Part shown: piece after piece, positions 37,880 through 46,692 of the stretch
How positions within the stretch are numbered: the first letter of the stretch is position 1
Layout: the number at the start of each line of letters is the position of its first letter
Assembly (NCBI GenBank): GCA_026387355.1
Contig: JAPLLW010000011.1
Coordinates: 9,504-73,503, forward strand
Reading direction: 5' to 3'
Source: Candidatus Omnitrophota bacterium
Lineage (GTDB): Bacteria; Omnitrophota; Gorgyraeia; Gygaellales; Profunditerraquicolaceae
DNA length: 64,000 nucleotides
Made by a program: the position numbers and the translations under genes
The notes under the pieces: model-generated
Databases searched by the model: none
The model's input: only the letters and a program-made list of their open reading frames with translations
What the model was told of the DNA's origin: nothing

Positions 37880-37943
37880 CTCTTCTATATAATCTCTATT
37901 GCTTTAGTAGAGTATACAATGAAAAAAATAGTTGTCAAGTTCT

Positions 37944-38246
37944 TTATGCAATTATTTTTAGAGCTTCTTTTACTGTCATTCCTTTAATCACTCCAAGCTT
38001 AGCTGCTTGCGGAGTAAGCGCAGCTACTTTTGCCCTTAATGCCTCCTCAATATTAGAGACCCCAGTTATTTTTATAGCCGCATCCTTAAACTTTCTGGCC
38101 ACGGATAAGTTAAGATAACCGCACGAAACATACCCTCGGCTTCCTCTTAAAAGAATAAAATTCTTAACGCTTAAATTAATACAAAGCGCTTCGATAATTT
38201 TAGGACCAACCTTTATCTTTCTATATACCAGCATTCTTCTTTTCAT
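37944..38246 (-). CDS. DUF1805 (YunC-like) small protein
   Basis: …RGSRGYVSCGYLNL… motif. 100 aa. Weak call. Confidence 0.35.
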   Translation of the reverse strand: MKRRMLVYRKIKVGPKIIEALCINLSVKNFILLRGSRGYVSCGYLNLSVARKFKDAAIKITGVSNIEEALRAKVAALTPQAAKLGVIKGMTVKEALKIIA

Positions 38247-38610
38247 GCTTTTTTATCTTATTCCAGTTAGCGATAATCTGACGCGTAGACTTTACCCTTA
38301 ACCCGCCAAAAACGTGCGGATGCCTTCTCTTGATCTTTTTAATCAAACCGTCAATAACATCTTCTATGTCAAACTCACCCTCTTTAGAAGCAATCTGGGC
38401 ATTAAACATAACGTGCAATAATATATCACCTAACTCTTCCTTCATATGCTGCTGGTTATTACTTTTTACAGCATGGATAAACTCTTCTACCTCTTCCCGT
38501 AAATCCTTAATCAGACTCTTATGCGTCTGCTTTCTATCCCACATACACCCTTTTGGACTATGTAGAATTTTGTATATTTCTTTTAGCTCATTAAACTTGG
38601 TTTTTTTCAT
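38221..38610 (-). CDS. MazG-family nucleotide pyrophosphohydrolase
   Basis: EEVEEF and ELGDILLHV motifs. Confidence 0.7.
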   Translation of the reverse strand: MKKTKFNELKEIYKILHSPKGCMWDRKQTHKSLIKDLREEVEEFIHAVKSNNQQHMKEELGDILLHVMFNAQIASKEGEFDIEDVIDGLIKKIKRRHPHVFGGLRVKSTRQIIANWNKIKKHEKKNAGI

Positions 38611-39029
38611 TATAATAATTGAATCTTTGTCAGATTATATGTAGGATTTTCATCATCGACGATTGAATCAAGATTTCCGCTAATCAAGCAACCTCTGACT
38701 ATTGATCCATTGCTATCCATAAGAAAAGTAGGGCTCATTTCTACGCTCACGGTTATCGTTTTACCGACCTTATAGACTTTTTGACAGTCGATATCTAAAC
38801 TATAGGCTTCTTTAATTACAGAACCAATCTTTTTAATCTGAATCATCATATCTAAATAGGTAACATCTCCAAATGAACCATCGAATTGCATAACCTGCTC
38901 ATGCCTTTCTTTAACGGAGATTACTCTAGCAGTTATTTCTACTATGCAACGATTGGAGACAACCGCAGCATACGAATTAATAAATAAGAAAATAGATATT
39001 ACAAATAAAGCTAGCCGTTTATAATTCAT
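38610..39029 (-). CDS. secreted hypothetical protein
   Basis: Signal peptide. No recognisable motif. Confidence 0.4.
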   Translation of the reverse strand: MNYKRLALFVISIFLFINSYAAVVSNRCIVEITARVISVKERHEQVMQFDGSFGDVTYLDMMIQIKKIGSVIKEAYSLDIDCQKVYKVGKTITVSVEMSPTFLMDSNGSIVRGCLISGNLDSIVDDENPTYNLTKIQLL

Positions 39030-39040
39030 TTGTAAGCTCC

Positions 39041-39970
39041 TTAGCTAAATGTTTTGCTATTTAAGTACTTAAATATATTCAAACACGCCTTTGAGCCTTC
39101 ACCTGCAGCAATAATAATTTGCTTCTCCGGGACATCAGTTACATCCCCCGCAGCAAAAATACCAGCTAGATTAGTCTGATTATGAGCGTTTATTTTGATC
39201 TCTCCTTGAATATTCCTTTCAACGTCTTTCACAAAATCCGCATTTGGAATTAACCCGATCTCTACAAATATACCCTGAAGCGAGATGATCTCCTCTGTGC
39301 CATCGCGTTTTATCTTAATAGCATTAACAAACTTGTCTCCTAAGACAGCAGTTACTTTAGTATCGTTAAAAATACTTACTCTTTTCGAGTCTTCTAACTT
39401 CTTACGCATAATTGCGTCGCCATTAAGCTTAGGTGTATTATTTATGATATAAACTTTCTCTGCAATCTTTACTAATTGCAATCCTGCATCCAAAGCGGAA
39501 TTTCCTCCTCCAATAACTGCAACGACTTTCCCGCTAAAAAGCGGTCCGTCGCAGGTTGCGCAATAGGTAAGCCCTTTATTCTTGAATTCTTTTTCTCCCG
39601 AAACACCCAACTCCCTTGAGCGCTTGCCTGAAGCAATAATAACTGCCCTTGCTTGATAATCACCCTTAACTGTCTTGACCGAAATAATCTCACCGGACTT
39701 TTTTATCTCCAAAACTTCTTCTTTCTCTTTAAGGCTAGTATTATATTTACGCATATGCTCTTCAAATTTCTGCGTAAGCTGCGGCCCGGTAATGAATTGG
39801 TAACCCGTATAATTCTCGATATCTCCGCTCCAGGCAGCCTGGCCTCCGATATCCTGCGTTATAACCAGAAAATCCATCTGTTTACGCGCAGCATAAACGC
39901 TGGCAGTAATCCCTGCCGGCCCGGCACCAATAATTATAAGATCGTAAATCTTCATACCTTGAGCACCCAA
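39041..39970 (-). CDS. trxB: thioredoxin reductase
   Basis: GAGPAG FAD motif and redox-active CATCDG. The true start is probably ATG 39955 (MKIYDLIIIG). The track uses TTG 39970. Confidence 0.85.
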   Translation of the reverse strand: MGAQGMKIYDLIIIGAGPAGITASVYAARKQMDFLVITQDIGGQAAWSGDIENYTGYQFITGPQLTQKFEEHMRKYNTSLKEKEEVLEIKKSGEIISVKTVKGDYQARAVIIASGKRSRELGVSGEKEFKNKGLTYCATCDGPLFSGKVVAVIGGGNSALDAGLQLVKIAEKVYIINNTPKLNGDAIMRKKLEDSKRVSIFNDTKVTAVLGDKFVNAIKIKRDGTEEIISLQGIFVEIGLIPNADFVKDVERNIQGEIKINAHNQTNLAGIFAAGDVTDVPEKQIIIAAGEGSKACLNIFKYLNSKTFS

Positions 39971-39989
39971 TTAATAGTTATCTTGTCGT

Positions 39990-40030
39990 GGGACAGTCCC
40001 CTTATGAACCTTCGCATATAGGACAGTCCC
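39990..40030. promoter_or_regulatory. two copies of the palindrome GGGACAGTCCC / GGACAGTCC, 30 bp apart, upstream of trxB
   Basis: Seen directly. Candidate operator. Confidence 0.35.
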
Positions 40031-40045
40031 TACTGGCGACGCTGG

Positions 40046-40291
40046 TTATAACCCCAAAGAAGATTTAATCTTCTCCTTGTCAAATCCAACGATAATTTCA
40101 CCTTCGATATCAATCACCGGAACACCCATCTGCCCGGTCTTCTTAATCATCTCTTCGGCCCTTACTTGGTCGGTTCCAACATCGTAATCCTCAAAAACAA
40201 TATTACTATCTTTCAAGAACTGCTTAACCCTAATACACCAGGGACAAGTCGGGGTACTATAGACTCTTACGCTTTTAGCCATATAAACCAT
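40046..40291 (-). CDS. glutaredoxin/NrdH-like thioredoxin-fold protein
   Basis: CPWC active site. 81 aa. Confidence 0.7.
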   Translation of the reverse strand: MVYMAKSVRVYSTPTCPWCIRVKQFLKDSNIVFEDYDVGTDQVRAEEMIKKTGQMGVPVIDIEGEIIVGFDKEKIKSSLGL

Positions 40292-40320
40292 CCTTTCTAA
40301 TAAAGCTATTCTTAATATTA

Positions 40321-40782
40321 TTATCTAAGATTATAAGGCGCTAGATCAACTACCTCTTGCACTTCAAATAAAATAAGGTATTTTGGCTTAGGGAGCGAGA
40401 CCTCCGGGTGAGGCGAATTGACTTTTTCTTCACGCAGATTCTTTAATAGCCTTTGGGTAGCCCTATTAGTAATCCTCTCTTCCCAAGACTTAAGCACTTC
40501 CGGGGTCATCTCTTTTTCAGAGAGAGAACTTGCCTTACCCTTAAGACAATACCCGATAAACTTATGTTCGTTAAAAGCAGTGATACTAGCCAAAGAGCTT
40601 CTTTTTAAATTCTCAAAGGTTTTCCCATGATAAACATCCAACAGATAAATCTTACCCTCTCTATCTATCTTAATAATATCTTTACAGGCACTATGCGGGA
40701 AACCTAGTGCATCAATAGTAGCTAAAATTACGCATCCCTGGCTTTCAAAAAACCTGATTACCGATTCAGTTAACTTAACCAT
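40321..40782 (-). CDS. PNPOx-like FMN-binding split-barrel protein
   Basis: Fold-level resemblance (…GCVILATIDALGFPH…). Low specificity. Confidence 0.5.
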   Translation of the reverse strand: MVKLTESVIRFFESQGCVILATIDALGFPHSACKDIIKIDREGKIYLLDVYHGKTFENLKRSSLASITAFNEHKFIGYCLKGKASSLSEKEMTPEVLKSWEERITNRATQRLLKNLREEKVNSPHPEVSLPKPKYLILFEVQEVVDLAPYNLR

Positions 40783-41965
40783 TTATTCTTCTCGCAAAAT
40801 CCTTTCCAAACTCAAAGCAACGCTGCATTTCATCTTTATCTGGAAGATACTTGAAGGCTATTCCGGGTTGAGCAACTTCTATGCCAGCCTTAATAACCAC
40901 TTCTTCCATCTCTTTAACCGAACCTCCTGCCCAGCCAAAAGAACCAAAACAGCTAGCTACCCTGTTTTTAGCAGCCAGGCCTTTTACAAATTCCAGAAAT
41001 CCTGCCATTGTCGGAAGCATTCCGTTATCATGAGTAGAAGAACCGAATATAAAACCTTTTGCATCAAGCATCTCTTTAATTACGTCGGTGCGATCAGCTT
41101 GATTAACGTCAAAAAACTTTACACTTACCCCGCTCTCGCTTAAGCCAGAGATTATCTGCCGAGCCATCTTTTCGGTTGCACCCCACATTGTCTCATAAAC
41201 TACAACTACCTTAGGTTTAGTTTCGTTCTTAGCCCAACTTAGATATTTATTTACTATTTGTAACGGATCTTTCCTCCAGATTAACCCGTGGCTAGGAGCA
41301 ATTATTTTTATTTCGATATTCATCTTCAAAACATCCGCAATCTTCTTCTCAATAAGTGAGCCCAGCGGCCAGAGTATATTTGCATAATATTTTGCTGCTT
41401 CATCCCATAAGGCGCATTGATCAACTTCGTCAGCAAAACGTTCCGAACTAGCCAAGTGCTGACCGAATGCGTCATTGGGCATAAGTAAAGACTCTTCGGG
41501 ACAATAGGTAAACATACTATCCGGCCAATGAATCATGGGAGCCTCTATAAAAGTAAGGCTACGCTTACCCAGTTTTAAAATATCACCGGTCTTAACTACC
41601 TGAGAATCCCAGTTAACGTAGTAATTTTTATATAAACCATCCTTGCATTTTGCCGTCCCCAAAATCTTTGCCTTCGGGCATAACCTCATTAACTCAGGCA
41701 GAGCCCCTGAATGGTCTGTTTCTACGTGATTTGCAATTATATAATCAATCTTTTCAAGTGGAGTAATCGCTTTAATATTCTCTATTAACTCATCCGAAAA
41801 AGAACCAAGCACCGTATCCACCAAAACAATCTTTTCATCAATAATTAAATATGCATTATAAGTTGTACCCCTTTTAGTAGTATAGGTATGCCCGTGAAAA
41901 CTACGCACATTCCAATCAACTACACCGACAGAATATATCCCGGGCAATAGTTTCGTAGCTGGCAT
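40775..41965 (-). CDS. flavodiiron protein (rubredoxin:oxygen/NO oxidoreductase, FprA)
   Basis: Metallo-beta-lactamase diiron motif HVETDHSG plus a C-terminal flavodoxin domain. Confidence 0.85.
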   Translation of the reverse strand: MPATKLLPGIYSVGVVDWNVRSFHGHTYTTKRGTTYNAYLIIDEKIVLVDTVLGSFSDELIENIKAITPLEKIDYIIANHVETDHSGALPELMRLCPKAKILGTAKCKDGLYKNYYVNWDSQVVKTGDILKLGKRSLTFIEAPMIHWPDSMFTYCPEESLLMPNDAFGQHLASSERFADEVDQCALWDEAAKYYANILWPLGSLIEKKIADVLKMNIEIKIIAPSHGLIWRKDPLQIVNKYLSWAKNETKPKVVVVYETMWGATEKMARQIISGLSESGVSVKFFDVNQADRTDVIKEMLDAKGFIFGSSTHDNGMLPTMAGFLEFVKGLAAKNRVASCFGSFGWAGGSVKEMEEVVIKAGIEVAQPGIAFKYLPDKDEMQRCFEFGKDFARRING

Positions 41966-41973
41966 AAATCCTC

Positions 41974-42678
41974 CTAATATCCCTGAAAGTTTTCAGTAAT
42001 AATATTATCTTTTGCTAAACTTAATTCCTCAGCCAACATCTTCCTCATCGCCTCAACCATTGGAGGCGGGCCGCACAAATAAAATTTTCTTTCCAAATAA
42101 TCCTTAATTTCACTCTTAATCAACTGGGCATTAATTAAACCGGGCAGACATTTAAAAGACGGATCAGGCTCACAAAGAACGTGGATTACCCTTAATTTCT
42201 GATATGCTTTCTGCATAGCGTCAAAATCTTCTTTAAACACAATGTCTTTAATAGAACGGTTGGCATAAACTAAGACTATATCCGTACCCAGATTCTTATC
42301 CACGACGAATTTAGCCATACTCCTTAAAGGGGTTATGCCAATGCCTCCGGATAAGAAAACCAACTTCTCTCTCGACTCCCCTAAAGTAAACTTACCCATC
42401 GGATATTGAATTCTCACATTATCTTCGGGCTTAAGCTCATCAAGTGCTTTCGAGAAATCACTAGCGGTAATTCTCTTAGTAAATTCCAGATAAGCGCCTT
42501 CTGTAGGAGAGCTTGATATTGAAAGATACCTTTTTAGAGCGGGGTTATTTAAAAGGGTGACCGAGAGAAACTGGCCAGCCTTAAAATCAATAACACTATC
42601 GATCTTAAGACGAACGCTTTTAACATTATAGGTTCTCTGAATAACTTCACTTATTCTAGCTTCTAATTCAAGTGCCAT
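41974..42678 (-). CDS. FNR-like FAD/NAD(P)H oxidoreductase (possible rubredoxin reductase partner)
   Basis: RYLSISS FAD motif and GGIGITP NAD motif. No Fe-S Cys. Confidence 0.6.
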   Translation of the reverse strand: MALELEARISEVIQRTYNVKSVRLKIDSVIDFKAGQFLSVTLLNNPALKRYLSISSSPTEGAYLEFTKRITASDFSKALDELKPEDNVRIQYPMGKFTLGESREKLVFLSGGIGITPLRSMAKFVVDKNLGTDIVLVYANRSIKDIVFKEDFDAMQKAYQKLRVIHVLCEPDPSFKCLPGLINAQLIKSEIKDYLERKFYLCGPPPMVEAMRKMLAEELSLAKDNIITENFQGY

Positions 42679-43530
42679 CTAAACACCTAATTCGTCGATT
42701 ATCTTAGCCATAATAAAATCGTTTTCAGTGAGCCCTAAAGCTGCATGCGTACTAAGCGTAACTTTTAATTTATTAAAAGTTAGTGTCAAGGTCGGATGAT
42801 GCCCTTGATCCTGGGCGATAATTGAGATTAAATCTAGGAAAAATTTTGCCTCAACAAAATCAGCAAACTTAAACTCTTTAACTATTTTTCTATCTTCAAC
42901 TAATTCCCAGCCACGGCTAAGCGCAAGCAATCTCTCTAATTTTTCCTTAGAAATTGGCGCGATTTCTCCTTCACAAGGTTTACAGTGCAAAGACAGATCT
43001 TCCTTGAGCGTTAACGCAGGGCTCTTAATAACCTCCCCCAGATTCCTTAAAACATCCTCGTAATTTAAGGCGTGGGTTAATTCCGGGGCAATCTGGATGT
43101 ATCTTAAAATATTATTTTTATCTAAAATAAGCGCTGCCCTAGCTAGAAGTTTCAACTCTTTAATCAACAAACCATAATTTATCCCAAAAGAGGAAAATCG
43201 GTAATCTGAGAGTACCATTTCATTCTTAATTTCGTTTAAAGAACAAAATCGGCTTTGCGCAAAAGGTAGGTCATCACTTATCCCTAAGACTACGATATCA
43301 CTAGAAAGCTGGGCTATCTTTTTATTAAATTCCTTAACCTGCAGGTCACAGATAGGAGTATCTAAAGACGGGAAAGAACTAATTACCTTAATCTTGGCTT
43401 TAAAATCCGATAAACTTACTTCCTTTAGGCTATTAGAAATAACCTTAAAATCCGGAGCAATACTACCAAGACTGATTCGCCTTCCTACTAAAGTAAGCGG
43501 GTTTCCTTGAAAAGCTATTTTTAGCGGCAT
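42679..43530 (-). CDS. fusion: thiol peroxidase Tpx + pterin-4a-carbinolamine dehydratase (DCoH)-like domain
   Basis: Tpx: FQGNP…SLDTPIC…LPFAQSRFC…LARAA. C-terminal 100 aa: CKPCEG…GHHPTLTLTF…THAALGLTENDFIMA, matching the PCD [EDKH]x3H[HN]P signature. Confidence 0.7.
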   Translation of the reverse strand: MPLKIAFQGNPLTLVGRRISLGSIAPDFKVISNSLKEVSLSDFKAKIKVISSFPSLDTPICDLQVKEFNKKIAQLSSDIVVLGISDDLPFAQSRFCSLNEIKNEMVLSDYRFSSFGINYGLLIKELKLLARAALILDKNNILRYIQIAPELTHALNYEDVLRNLGEVIKSPALTLKEDLSLHCKPCEGEIAPISKEKLERLLALSRGWELVEDRKIVKEFKFADFVEAKFFLDLISIIAQDQGHHPTLTLTFNKLKVTLSTHAALGLTENDFIMAKIIDELGV

Positions 43531-43542
43531 AAACTTACACCT

Positions 43543-43701
43543 TTAAATCTTCTCAAACATATCCTTGCCTACTCCGCAATCAGGACAGACCCAATCAACG
43601 GGAAGCTTATCAAAAGGCGTACCAGCAGGGATTCCGCCGACTGAATCACCTATAGCAGGGTCATAAATATAACCACAAACAGTACACTTATATTTATCCA
43701 T
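43543..43701 (-). CDS. rubredoxin (52 aa, not in the ORF track)
   Basis: Own translation [20 protein letters not shown]…[17 protein letters not shown]. Two CxxCG knuckles. Confidence 0.85.
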   Translation of the reverse strand: MDKYKCTVCGYIYDPAIGDSVGGIPAGTPFDKLPVDWVCPDCGVGKDMFEKI

Positions 43702-43728
43702 TTAAATTCTCCTCTTATGAATAACAAA

Positions 43729-44130
43729 CTATTCTGCCTTGTAAATTACCCCTTTGTTACCGGCGCAACCTAACTTATCCTGATTAACATCCTTATCTTT
43801 AACGATAGCTTGCTTAGCCATAGGCGGAGTCTGTTCTCTAACCATGTCTCTTTTACTATCCATATTCTTATACATCTTATGGTGACCTGCCTTCATTCCC
43901 ATCATAGGACATGGAGGCCTCATTAAAGGCTTACCCGTCACTATATGAAAGATCCCGCATGATAAAACTAAACCCGCAGAAATCCATAACATAACCGCTA
44001 CAGCAAAACCAAAAAGTTTCAACTCTTTTTGCTCTACCTTGCGTAGCGCAAATAAAACAAAAAAACTTATGGTTAATAATACTGAACAAGGTATTACTGC
44101 AAATACACCTAATAATCTATGCATACCCAT
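43729..44130 (-). CDS. membrane protein with Met/His-rich segment (CPMMGMKAGHHKMY), possible metal binding
   Basis: Two TM helices, then MxM/HH motifs. Confidence 0.45.
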   Translation of the reverse strand: MGMHRLLGVFAVIPCSVLLTISFFVLFALRKVEQKELKLFGFAVAVMLWISAGLVLSCGIFHIVTGKPLMRPPCPMMGMKAGHHKMYKNMDSKRDMVREQTPPMAKQAIVKDKDVNQDKLGCAGNKGVIYKAE

Positions 44131-44145
44131 ATTTACCTCCTCAAA

Positions 44146-44634
44146 TTAGCCTTCTCTTTTACCTAATTCCCTATCTAACATAATTAAAGCCGCAGAATCC
44201 GGCTTGATTATTTTCAAGGTGTCCAAGATCGCCGAAGCATTCTTTTCTTCTTCAACCTGCTCGGTGATAAACCACTGCAGAAATATTTCAGCTGCCTTAT
44301 CATCGACTTTTTTAGCTAAATCACTTAAAGACTCGATGAGTGACGTAACTTTCTTTTCATGCTTTAAGGTCTCCACGAACAACTCCTGGACAGAAGCAAA
44401 ATCAAAGGCCGGCTCAGGGATGGCCTGCAGATGCACGCGCGCACCCTTATCATGCAGGAATTCAAACATCTTCATCCCGTGAGATATCTCTTCCTTGTAT
44501 TGGACCTTAAACCACTTAGCAAAACCCGGAAGATTATTGCTTTCGGCAAAAGCTGCCATTGCTAAATAAAGATACCCCGAATAAAATTCATTCTTGATCT
44601 GATCGTTAAATGCCTTCTCTAATTTCTTATCCAT
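44146..44634 (-). CDS. ferritin-like protein (non-heme ferritin)
   Basis: Ferritin diiron ligands (E…EExH…E…QxxE pattern). 162 aa. Confidence 0.7.
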   Translation of the reverse strand: MDKKLEKAFNDQIKNEFYSGYLYLAMAAFAESNNLPGFAKWFKVQYKEEISHGMKMFEFLHDKGARVHLQAIPEPAFDFASVQELFVETLKHEKKVTSLIESLSDLAKKVDDKAAEIFLQWFITEQVEEEKNASAILDTLKIIKPDSAALIMLDRELGKREG

Positions 44635-44649
44635 AAGACTCCCCTTTCT

Positions 44650-45039
44650 TTATTCAACCTTTAATTCCTTAGTATTCTTCCATATCCCGTGTATATTGCA
44701 ATAAGAAGTGACATAAATTGTCCCACTCTTCTCGGTTTTAAATGACACAGCTACGTTAGGCTCGGAGAAAACAGTACTAGTATTCGGTCCTTGCGTAGAC
44801 TCTCCGTGAGTATTGAGCTCGAAACGCGCCACCTGAAAAGGAAATTTCTCCCCCTCAGCTAAGAAATAAACCTCAATTGATTGAATATGATGCTCGGCAG
44901 TATTAGGGTGAGCTATCTCTTTGCCCACAATAACAGCAACCTTTAAAGACTCTCCTCTTTTAATTTTGTCCGGGGCCTCAATTACCGGAACATGTTTTTC
45001 GGTTTTCCAATCTGCGCTCTGTAATAATCAATCTACCAT
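44650..45039 (-). pseudogene. 1Fe superoxide reductase (neelaredoxin) with an in-frame TGA at codon 4 (45028-45030)
   Basis: From the ATG at 45039 with a good SD: M V D [TGA] L L Q S A D W K T E K H V P V I E … Y C N I H G I W. It is co-linear residue for residue with Pyrococcus SOR (MISETIRSGDWKGEKHVPVIE…CNIHGLW). The track ORF starts only at the GTG after the EKHVP motif. Confidence 0.65.
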
Positions 45040-45053
45040 CGCATCCCCCCCTC

Positions 45054-45093
45054 TTTAAAATAACCCCGGCGTCTTTCTTAGAAAAGCGCCGGG
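45054..45093 (-). terminator. hairpin CCCCGGCG-N14-CGCCGGGG followed by a U-rich tract, between the hcp region and the SOR
   Basis: Seen directly. Confidence 0.5.
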
Positions 45094-45101
45094 ATTCAAA
45101 A

Positions 45102-45155
45102 CTACTTCTTCTTTGCTTTCTTCTTTTTCTTTGCTCCGCATTTTCCACAACCCAT
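45102..45155 (-). CDS. 17-aa ORF MGCGKCGAKKKKKAKKK with SD AGGAGGTG, directly after the hcp stop
   Basis: Own translation. Strong ribosome-binding site 5 nt upstream. Could be spurious. Confidence 0.25.
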   Translation of the reverse strand: MGCGKCGAKKKKKAKKK

Positions 45156-45169
45156 ATCCACCTCCTGAT

Positions 45170-46462
45170 TTATTTACTTAAAATTGTTTTTAAGTCTCCA
45201 TCCGGAGTACTGATTAATCTTAAATCAAAACTCTTTTGTAAAACCGAGAATACATTCTTAGAAATAAACGCCGGCGGGGTCGGCCCGACATAAATACCCT
45301 TGATATTAAGATACAACAAAGTGAGCAATATGGCAACTGCTTTTTGCTCAAACCACGATAGAACCATGGTTAAAGGGAGTTCGTTTACTGTACAGTTAAA
45401 TACTTTGCTTAAAGCAAGTGCCACCTGAATTGCAGAATAGGCATTATTACACTGGCCAATATCAATTAGCCGCGGAACCCCATCTATCTCCCCAAAATCC
45501 AGCTTGTTAAAACGGTATTTACCACAGGCAAGCGTAAGGATAACGCAGTCTTTAGGGACTTTTTCCGCAATTTCAGTATAGTAATTCCTACCTGGCTTGG
45601 CACCATCGCAACCGCCGATTAGAAAGAATCTTTTAATCTTTCCTGTCTTAACCAGATTAACAATCTTATCCGCTAAATTTAAGATTGCAGTATGGTGAAA
45701 TCCGGTCAAAATCTTCTTACCCGGAGCCTCTGGCAAAGAAGGTAGGGATTTTGCTTTATCAATCAAAAGCTTGAAATTTCTATCTTTTAAATGCGTAGCC
45801 CCGGGGACACCGGTAATTCCTATTGTAAATAAACGGTCTAAATAGCTATTCTCCGGAGGGATTAATACGCAATTAGTGGTTGCTAGAATAGCGCCACTAA
45901 AATTATTAAACTCGTTTTTTTGCTCCTGCCAAGCTCCTCCATAGTTTCCGACAAGATGCTTGAATTTCTTTAACTCAGGATACCCGTGCGCAGGTAACAT
46001 CTCGCTATGTGTATAAATATTTACGCCTGTGCCTTCGGCCTGCTTCAACAGCTCAAATAAATCCAGTAAATCATGGCCTGTAATCAATATGCCTGGCCCA
46101 GATTTTGTCCCTGTCTCGACAGGAGTTGGAACCGGATTCCCAAAGCTTTCAGTATGGGCCTTGTCTAATAACTCCATAACCTTTAAATTCATCTCTCCGC
46201 ATTTTAATACTTCTTCAAGATGCTGATTAAGGTCAAAACTCACATTTGTAATCGTTTTAAATAGTGCTTCGTGCATAAATGCATCAACCTTTTCATCCCA
46301 GGCGCCAAACTCCCTAGCATGATAGGCGTATGCTGCAATACCTTTTAACCCGAATAATAAAATATCCTGCAGGCTTTGGATATCTTCGTTTTTCCCGCAC
46401 GCACCTACTGATTTTGTACAAGCGCTCCCGCCAATTGTCTGCTCACACTGATAACAAAACAT
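45170..46462 (-). CDS. hcp: hybrid cluster protein / hydroxylamine reductase (short class)
   Basis: N-terminal MFCYQCEQT Cys motif. 430 aa. Confidence 0.85.
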   Translation of the reverse strand: MFCYQCEQTIGGSACTKSVGACGKNEDIQSLQDILLFGLKGIAAYAYHAREFGAWDEKVDAFMHEALFKTITNVSFDLNQHLEEVLKCGEMNLKVMELLDKAHTESFGNPVPTPVETGTKSGPGILITGHDLLDLFELLKQAEGTGVNIYTHSEMLPAHGYPELKKFKHLVGNYGGAWQEQKNEFNNFSGAILATTNCVLIPPENSYLDRLFTIGITGVPGATHLKDRNFKLLIDKAKSLPSLPEAPGKKILTGFHHTAILNLADKIVNLVKTGKIKRFFLIGGCDGAKPGRNYYTEIAEKVPKDCVILTLACGKYRFNKLDFGEIDGVPRLIDIGQCNNAYSAIQVALALSKVFNCTVNELPLTMVLSWFEQKAVAILLTLLYLNIKGIYVGPTPPAFISKNVFSVLQKSFDLRLISTPDGDLKTILSK

Positions 46463-46692
46463 TACTTACCTCCTTTTAACTGCTTCCACTTCTCTTCTCC
46501 GATACATTCTCTTGCCGCTTTACACCAATCTACGCAGGATGGTAAACGACTCCTGCAGATAAAACCCTTACATTTAGGACATTTTACTTTTATCTCATCC
46601 GTAAAGATCTCAGCCGTATAACCGCAATCCGGACACCTAATCGGCTCTGCCTTTATATTACGGTCATCTTGCCCGGGACATTTATTAATCAC
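46462..46692 (-). CDS. Cys-rich zinc-ribbon-like small protein
   Basis: CPDCGY…CPKCKG knuckles. 76 aa. Confidence 0.5.
   Translation of the reverse strand: MINKCPGQDDRNIKAEPIRCPDCGYTAEIFTDEIKVKCPKCKGFICRSRLPSCVDWCKAARECIGEEKWKQLKGGK

Noticed and set aside
44650-44928. Track start of the SOR at a GTG (MGKEIAHP…)
   Set aside because: The upstream in-frame sequence encodes the conserved SOR N-terminus, including the EKHVP iron-ligand motif, behind a proper SD. The short ORF is an artefact of the in-frame TGA (see findings).
45028-45030. Genome-wide TGA reassignment (as in SR1/Gracilibacteria) as an explanation for the SOR in-frame TGA
   Set aside because: lgt (2627-2629) and uppP (23606-23608) terminate with TGA at positions where protein homology ends, so TGA is a normal stop here.
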